Assembly: GCF_009914755.1 (NCBI RefSeq)
Contig: NC_060932.1
Direction: 5' to 3' (one strand)
Source: the human T2T-CHM13v2.0 reference genome, Homo sapiens
Length of the DNA: 64,000 bases
A program made the position numbers and the translations under genes. Positions within the stretch are counted from its first letter, which is position 1. Every line of letters starts with the position of its first letter. Shown piece after piece: positions 55,942 to 64,000 of this stretch. The notes under the pieces are model-generated. The model did no database searches. It was not told where the DNA came from and saw only the letters and a program-made list of their open reading frames with translations.

Positions 55942-57715
55942 TGTGGGAGTTTGCAGTATTTGTGCAAAATATTTATGGCTCATACTTGTGAAAGGAAAAT
56001 ACTTCCCTAATTCATTATGTTAGCTTGGCTATATGACTTTAGCCAATAAAATGTGGGTGAAAGTGTCTGTTGACATGTCAAAGAATTAAGTGCCACTGAA
56101 TCATTTAACCATTTTGTTTTTCCCCCTTGTTGTGAGGCTGGGTGTCCCAAATTAGAGGCTGCTCTTTCAGTTTGGGTCCCAAAATAAAGAGGATGTGGAG
56201 CAGCCAACAAACAAACAACATTGATGTAAGAAATACACTTTTGTTGTTGTAAGCCATTAAAGATTGAGGGTTATTGTAGTACAGTCTAGCAAAATCTAAT
56301 ACAAAAATTGATGCTTCCATGACAAAACCTAAAATATGTGGCTTTGGATTCTGGGTCATGTGTGGGTGTTGCCTAACTGAGGAAATGTGTTTTGTCACTA
56401 TACTCCCAGACTCCACTCTGTAAAATGGTCACCCATAATAACTCAGAAGTCCGAAGTAATGTATCTAATGAATGTGTGGCTTTAGGAAAATAAAGAGGGA
56501 AAAAGACTGTTGGTAACATGGGTGTTATTGGCTACATTTGTCAAAGTACCATAAAAAAAAGATGAGCTCAGAAAAGAACCAGCTGATTTGCACAGAGTTA
56601 AAAGGAATATAGAAAATCCAGAAATTATGTTATGTGCAGAGTTTGAAGATACATTTGATTGTCATTTTCAACTAGAGAGATACAAATTTAGGTTGGTGAA
56701 AGCCAAGGACCAATCAAAATTCAGCCTGATGATATGGTCTGAATGAAGGGTGTGGCAAACAATGTTCCTGCTACAATTTCTAAATTGATTTGGAGAATGC
56801 AGTTAATCTTGGGCCCCAAAACTTTTAAAAAAGGAAGCAGGTATAGAATGCCGTTGAGTCTTTAAGAAGGGCACATTCTCCAGTGCCATCTTCTGATGTA
56901 GCCAATGATGATAAAAGAAAGAGAATGGGCCTCCCAAAGAGTGGAGCCAAAGGTCACAGAGGATGATGAACTGGAGAGCAACTCCTAGGCTGTAGAACTC
57001 GGGCCCCATCAAGAAACCTTTAGTTCTCCAGCATAGGGACCTATTGTAACATCTGCCTCATGAATTTTTTGAATGCTATTGACAGTGGCTGATGAATGTC
57101 TCCTGTTTTCTTCTCTCCAAATGGGAGAGCATAATCTTCCTGTTCCACTATTACATACGGGATATATGAGGAAATACAATTTATCTTTTTAGTTCACAGG
57201 TCACTAGATTGAGAAGAGTCACGTCCAGATTCGATACAAAAATTACCAAGAGATCCTAGATTTTGAGCCTGGATGAGACTTCTGGGAGAGGGAGCAGACT
57301 TAGCACGCACAATGGAGAGATATGAATATTTGTGACCTAGACACCTGTACTTTATTTGTTTGAAATATTTGCTGTTACTGCTTATAGGATGCCTATACTT
57401 CCTTGCCTCATTGAAATCAGGCTTGGACATATGACTGTTTTTGGTGAACAAGATATGAGAGGAAATGAATTCCTGAGCAGCTTTAGGGAGCCACTGTGTC
57501 ATTTGGCTATTTTCTCTTTACCTCTCCCTTGAGGCAAGTATGTCTTAGGTGGGTACTGCTTTTTCAGCCTGGGGCTCACAATGAAGAAGATTGGAAGGAG
57601 ATACAGCCAAAATGCGATAGACATTAATGTAAGCAAAACAAACAAACAGAAAACAAATCTATGTTGAGATTCTGGAATTTGCTCCAGGGTAATCTAGCGA
57701 AAGCTGATTTATACA
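55942..57715 (+). mobile_element. MaLR MLT1H/I/J-like element: LTR, internal region (~56303-57330) and LTR
   Basis: First LTR ends CTAGCAAAATCTAATACA, followed by int-like ACAAAACCTAAAATATGTGGCTTTGG. A second, similar LTR ends CTAGCGAAAGCTGATTTATACA. Confidence 0.68.
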
Positions 57716-57984
57716 CCCTCTTTGCATCTTGGCTTTGATGCTTTCTTTGTCTGCAACTGCATTCCTATTATTCTTTGTCTATTTCACACATATTGTCTAA
57801 GACTTAACTCATTTAGAAAGTTTTCTTTGAACTCCCAGACAAGGATAAAAGCCTCTCAAGCCTCCCAGGGCACCTATGTATGCTTTTCCATTTAAACCTA
57901 CCATATGATTTGAAAACCATTAGTTATGGAAAGTCAGAAAACGTGGTCTTAATCTTTATAGTACTACTTCAAAATGGCACAGTG

Positions 57985-59035
57985 TCTATGATGGCTTTGT
58001 GATGTGTCAACCTGTCTAGGCTGAACTGCATTTTCCAGAATTTTCTTTCTTGTATATTTCCTGTTAGGGTGGGCAACAAGGAGATCCTTGGAAAGTTTGG
58101 AAGGTGGAAGGGAGGCAGCTGCCATTTTGTGGCTCATAAATGTGGCTCAACTGCTGACTCACCTCTAGCATGAAGCAGAGCTGGGCCTGCAATTGTTCTG
58201 CCTTCCTCTGGTCCTCCTTCAATTTCTTTGTTTCTTAGGTCAGGTGTGTGGCAGGAGGGCAGTGGTGGGGAGAATATTTAGTACTGCCATGAAGGGTCCC
58301 AGCTTCTGTGAGATACTGTCATTACCAAAGTCAGAGATCACAAAAACAGATAAGGTTTCATTTTGTTCTTAAGGAGTTCTGTTGCCAAAATATCAGGTGT
58401 TTGGTTTAAGTCTCATTGCTCGCTGCACAGAAAGCCAGTCACTGAGACAGTAAGTATTGCCAGAGAAGAAGGCTTTTTTGGCTACTACAGCCAAGGAGAT
58501 GCAAGGTCATTCTCAAATCTATCTCCTCAACTGGCTAAATTTAGGGGTTAATATAGCAGGGAAAAACTATAACTACATATGGGCAAATGGTAATTAGGTA
58601 GGGCTATGGAAGAGGAGTTGGTCAGCAGCAGGCATCAGGTGGTCAGTTATGCAATCATGCCAGGTGAGAGGTCTGGAGTATCACTACTCTCTGGGAGACC
58701 TGATAGTTGGTTTCCTGACAAAGGAGCTCAGATAAGACAAATTTAAGTTGCTCAAGTTTTAAGACTGGAAAGGTCAATTTCTATGTTTGTTCAAAAGAGA
58801 CTATAAACATCAGTTCCATGGGACAGTTGGGCTGGTTTCAGTTCCAGCCTGCTTGTGATCTTCCTTTCCTGAATGTCTGTCCTATGAATCCCAAGCTCTT
58901 GAATCAGACTCAGAGACAAGGTTCCTATAGAGATTTGATTTAATAGGCTTCCCAAATTATTTTGTAAGCCAATTCCATGTAACAAATACATACATATGGT
59001 GTGTGTATATGTGTTTATAAATATGCACACATACA
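57985..59035 (+). mobile_element. MLT2C-like (ERVL) LTR interrupted by an ERV1 LTR
   Basis: GATGTGTCAACCTGTCTAGGCTGAACT...CCAGAATTTTCTTTCTTGTAT; resumes after 58844. Confidence 0.72.
58380..58840 (-). mobile_element. MER4-group ERV1 solo LTR
   Basis: TG...CA termini with a perfect 4-bp TSD GTTC (58376-58379 / 58841-58844). Confidence 0.8.
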
Positions 59036-59049
59036 TATAATGGCCTGGG

Positions 59050-59600
59050 GTGGTTTGGGAAGTATGTAACACTCAAAATCAAAAAACTGAAAACAAAGGG
59101 AAGGAGTAAAACAACATGAATCTGTAGTTGTAAAGCTTTCTGAGAGGAAGCCCAAATAGGGCTCTGTTAAATGGGATAAAGATGTTGGCCTTTCTTTTAA
59201 GGCCAATAGGAAGGCACCAAAGTATTTGAAGCAGGAGGTCAATATGATCATAGTTGTTTTTAGAAAACGTGACTCTGCTGCAAAATGGAGAACTGATTGA
59301 GTACTAAGCACACATTACACAGGTAGAAGAGTTAGGTGGCTCTGGGGTCATCCAGTCAAGGGATAAGAGTAGTTTAAGCCAAGTTATTGATAGTGGAGAT
59401 AGAGAGTGTTAGATATTTAAGAGATAATTAGTAAGTATAGTTGGTAGGATTCAGTGATGGTTTACATATAAAGGATAGAGGAAAAGAAATTCTCAAGGAA
59501 GGCTTTTGGCTTTTAGGTTATGTAACAGGATGAATGGTAGTGTCATTAACTGAGATGACTAAGTATGAGTGAATAATAAAAATGTACAGACTATGATGTG
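59050..59600 (-). mobile_element. L2 relic
   Basis: TTTGAAGCAGGAGG...ATGATC...GGTAGGATTCAGTGATGG...GAATGGTAGTGTCATTAACTGAGAT. Confidence 0.65.
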
Positions 59601-59802
59601 TTTGCATTGCAAATGCATTCAAGTGAAGTTAACAAATAAGTAGCTATGTTCTAGGCACTGTATCAGTCAGGTTTCAACTAGAGAAGCAGAACCAGTAGGA
59701 GATACACCTACATAATACATGTTATTCCATCTGTCTGTAATGTCCTCTTGCCCACTCCACATGACTTAATTAATGTCTATTCCTTTTTCAAAAATCAGGC
59801 CA

Positions 59803-60117
<315 letters not shown>

Positions 60118-60439
60118 TCAGGTCAGTTATTAGTTTTGATTATTAAGCAACATATCAAGCTTTTTAAAAAGTGAGAAGTTCACATTATTGCCCCACCCAA
60201 GGTAGGATGGCATTACAAAATTATTCTTTATGACATTTTCTTTGAATTTCCTTAAAGAGTTAATTCCCTTCCTGGATTTCAGTTCAGATTTGCTCATAAC
60301 TCTCCTAAAATGTAGCCATTGTTTATTATGGCACTGTCATGTAGGAACATTTTGTGGAAGAGATTAGGGAATTGAGCTCAAAGATAAAACCACATAAACA
60401 ATAATATGCATAATACTTTAACACGAACAAAGTGATTGA

Positions 60440-60775
60440 TTATTAATGTTTTCTTATACTTCTGTAAGCTACTTGAGGGCAAGAACTTTATTTTGTTGTT
60501 CATTTTAGTGTTCTGAAAATAACTAGTATCTTGTTTTGCACATGGTAGATGTTCAATAAATGTTTGGTATATTCCATTTGTTTCTGTTATAGCATGTATT
60601 ACAATCTGTTTTTACCTTTATTTTCTTATTTGCTTTCATGTTTATTTGTGGCCACCCATGAATAGAAGGCAAGTTCCATGAAGAAGTAAGCTTGTCTGCT
60701 TTGTTTACTGCTATATCATTAGTTCTTTGGACAGTGTCTGGCACTTAACAGATATTTGTTAAATGAATAAATAAC
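60440..60775 (+). mobile_element. Two consecutive L2 3' ends
   Basis: TGTAAGCTACTTGAGGGCAAG...TCAATAAATGTTTG and AAGTTCCATGAAG...CAGTGTCTGGCAC...AATGAATAAAT. Confidence 0.65.
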
Positions 60776-60888
60776 ATGTATAAAAATATGTGGGTTGTAA
60801 TACATGCTACATAAATTTAAAAATACATTTTGGAATATGTACACGTTCAAAGTGAGGAAAAACTGCTAATTTCTTTTCAAATCAGCTT

Positions 60889-61578
60889 TGTAGGGCCCAA
60901 GGGAAAACTTATTCTTTGCCCTCTGAAGGTTTGCTGAAAAATCAACCCACAAAAGGCAGATTAATAGGAGAAAAGGCACACACATTTATTTCATGTGTAT
61001 ACCCAGGAGCCTTCAGAATGAAGACCAAAAGATACAGAGGAAATTGTCCATTTTTATGCTTAGGTTTAATAAAGCATGGGCAGCATGTGGAAATATGATT
61101 GGACAAAAAGGTCTTGCTCCAGACAAAATGAGAGTTCCTCCCTTCCCACAACTCCCTATGACAAAGGGGTAAGAACTAATGCAAATAGGCTGAGTAGGGA
61201 AATCCACCAAGGCCTGACTGTCTAGATTCTTCTTGGCCAACACTCTGAGCACTTATTCCTTCCTTCTGGATGTGGGGCAGGACCTTCTCTGTAAAGGTGG
61301 TCTTATGACCTGTAGTCAAACAAGGAAGGTCAGATCATTTCTTAATGGACAATTCTTACACAGAAAGCCAGAGGGAATGTTAGTGTGATATTTTTATGCT
61401 TTATGGCTGGCTTTGGAGGGAAGGGGTTCTGGTTTCTATGATCCAGAAAGAGGGATTCTAGTTTCCATGGCTAGCCTCATGGGAGAATGACTGAGAGACA
61501 GGAGGACAGGAGAAGGTCAGGGAGAAACTTTTGCTTCTGAGGCCTTTATTTTAGGGTATTATCTTCTGAGCCACAACA
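60889..61578 (-). mobile_element. MER4-group ERV1 solo LTR (LTR51/LTR54/LOR1-like)
   Basis: TG...CA termini; the minus strand starts TGTTGTGGCTCAGAAGATAATACCCTAAAAT. TSD is GCTT/GTTT. Confidence 0.78.
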
Positions 61579-63524
61579 GTTTCTCTTCCAATTAATAATA
61601 ATTTTTTTAAAAAATCCATGCAAGAGGAGTACAGGACTTGAGAAACCATCATGAGAAAATTCTATAGGCATGACTATTTCTCTCTAGTTTAAAAAATAAA
61701 TCTAATGCAGCATAAATAAACATGTCATATTGAATGACACAAAGCATTATCCAAAGCACAGGGGGTGTCTTAGAAGGTAAGTTTAGTGATATTGTAATAT
61801 GATTACATCGTTTTGAAGTTTCATTACTTTTTCATCTGAATGAATATAAAACCTAGAATATTAATACAATGAAGACTGGCAGTTGATGACCCTACAGAGA
61901 CTGCTCTGAGTTGCTGATAAAACATAGATTGTGGTACCTCCAATCTCAGAGTCATTTGCAGGTGTCTTGTCTGTAATCAGAATTTGCAAGTAATGGAGTA
62001 TGAGCTCTTCTCTGGCCATTGTTATTCAAAACCATCACCTGCCAGTGTCTACAATCTTAAATGATCTGTCTCATCAATCAAACCTCCCCTTCCTATGGTC
62101 ACAGTACTCGAGGATCAACAAAGCATGTGAAATCAGCACTTTACGTGCTCCTTGAGAGGGCGCTGCTTCAGGCAAGATGAGAGTCCCTCCTTTCCCACAA
62201 CTCCCCATGACAATTTACAGCCCATTCTGCATTTGACTTCTTCAAATACCTTCCTTCAGATATAATGAGGTCCCCTGGGGTTGAAAGGTGAAAAGGGATT
62301 TTGAGGAATGCCATTTTCTTTTCTGATGCCTTGGTGTCTGAGTGCCATGTGGAAGATTTAATACCAACTCTATTCCTCCGATGCATATGACAATATAATA
62401 TCCTCTAATTTCATCTGTTATGTCTTTGTACAAGCAGGAAAAATATTCTTTACAGCAGGACTACAAAATTACACACATTACAATTGAATATTCGGTATTA
62501 AAATAGGTTTTCCTGCTTGTTAGGCAAAAGAAGAACTGAAAGTTGTTTTCATTTTTATTTGGTACTTTATATACTGTGGGGCTGAAAGAGCTGGATTGGG
62601 TAATTTTACAGGTCCTTAAATATACATGGCTCATGGATATTTGATAGGAATATGGTGATGCAAAAGTTCTTTCAAGTAAACAATGGATGACTCCAATCTA
62701 AATCATTTTTTAGTGATATTAAGGGGAAAGATAAAGGGTAATTGAATTGCCTTTAAAAAAAAAATCAGCATCTGTTTTGCTTTTTACCACTTTTAGCCAT
62801 CCAAAGTTGACCACAGTTGTGATCAATCCATATAGTATTCACTGAAGTGAATTTTTTAAGTACATGAAACTACCTGGCTTCATGTCTGTCCAAATGTGAC
62901 CATTTGTATTGCAAAAATAGGAGCTGCATTATTTGCAGAATGCCGTACACTCCATGTCCACTAGTAAATAAAAGCTCAATGCAACTGAAAGTGGCTTTCC
63001 ATCATTAAAAAATAAAACCATATATTCAGCATCCACCTGACCTTCCACTGGGGTATGACTTATTTACTTTATACCACCTGCTTATAAAGAATTCTTCATT
63101 CTCAGTAACCGATAATGGCACAGCCCACCTGATAGATGGCAAGTGGACATATAAGCAAATATGTACTCTTTGTTTTTCTCAAATATGATGCTGCATGTTC
63201 ATGAGACGTGTCCCTCCTTCCTGTGGGAATAATCTGTGATAACCCATTCTTGCCCACTTTTCCTTGTGGAAAAAAAGGCAGGTGACAGCACTCAAATCTA
63301 GATGCTCAAAGCAGAATTTTATCCCACTAAAACTGGCTTTCCTAGATGGGAATGGAGCTTACCATCTTGATCTCACAAAAGGCCCTGAATCAACAAACAC
63401 AGTTAGAGTAGTGCCCTAACACACCTTTTTCCTTTCATCACCAAGGTGCCTGATATTATTCATCTTATCATACAAAGAGATGATTAACTTGTATCTTTGA
63501 ATAAAGAATGCATTGCACAACGTG

Positions 63525-63552
63525 CATGCACACACACACGCATACACACACA
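63525..63552. repeat. Short imperfect (CA)n
   Basis: GCACACACACACGCATACACACA. Confidence 0.7.
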
Positions 63553-64000
63553 ATGTGAATAATAATTTAAGGATAGCTGCTTTCTCACTGACTTTGTCAC
63601 TGGGTTCACTACCAACCTTACAACTACACAGAAACACACAATATACTTGAGAAGAGGGGAAATATTTATTTTCTTGGTCCCAGCAGAGCTTGTGAGTAAT
63701 AGCATAGGCAGCACTCTACATATATTTCTCTTGGCTTAATATGAGGCATAAGAATAGACTAAGTGACAGAAAGAAATATAAAATGTAACAAATGTTACAA
63801 GTTATGAAAACCTTGGTTTTGAGTCTGATGGAGGAGAGTACCAATTAATACTCTCAGAGAAATAGAGGACAATGACTTCACCCATCCTTAGTCCTTTCCC
63901 TTATCTTTCTTGGCCATAACTAAAAAGTGACTAAATAGAACAAATTAACAGCTTTCACACTCCAAATCAACAATGCATTATGTTATGTAGTGCACTGTAA

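Overview
AT-rich, repeat-dense primate (human-like) genomic DNA, intergenic or deep intronic. I can support no host protein-coding exon, RNA gene or prokaryotic-type system, and essentially every long ORF in the track is a broken LINE-1, Alu or LTR reading frame. The main contents are: two full-length dead L1PA7/8-like LINE-1s (12188-18290 and 32129-40298); a twin-primed (5'-inverted) L1PA at the left edge; a younger 5'-truncated L1PA (49161-49929); older L1M segments; nine Alus; a solo LTR12C nested in an L1 that is itself nested in an MSTB LTR; two near-complete MaLR LTR-int-LTR elements; several solo LTRs; and L2/MIR/L3/MER5/MADE1 relics. The most interesting signal is that the two full-length L1s have different target-site duplications and flanks yet share the same stop codon and frameshifts, while the left-edge L1 shares a different set of variants with the first full-length copy. 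This suggests patchwork gene conversion among neighbouring L1s, or trans-mobilisation of a dead template. Other oddities include two rearrangements at the same L1 position, a poly(T) in place of a poly(A) tail, a locally perfect inverted duplication in an ancient L1, two short orphan retro-insertions, and repeat-free islands with AP-1/ARE motifs. Subfamily calls are from remembered consensus sequences, not a database search. I found no convincing novel biological system.
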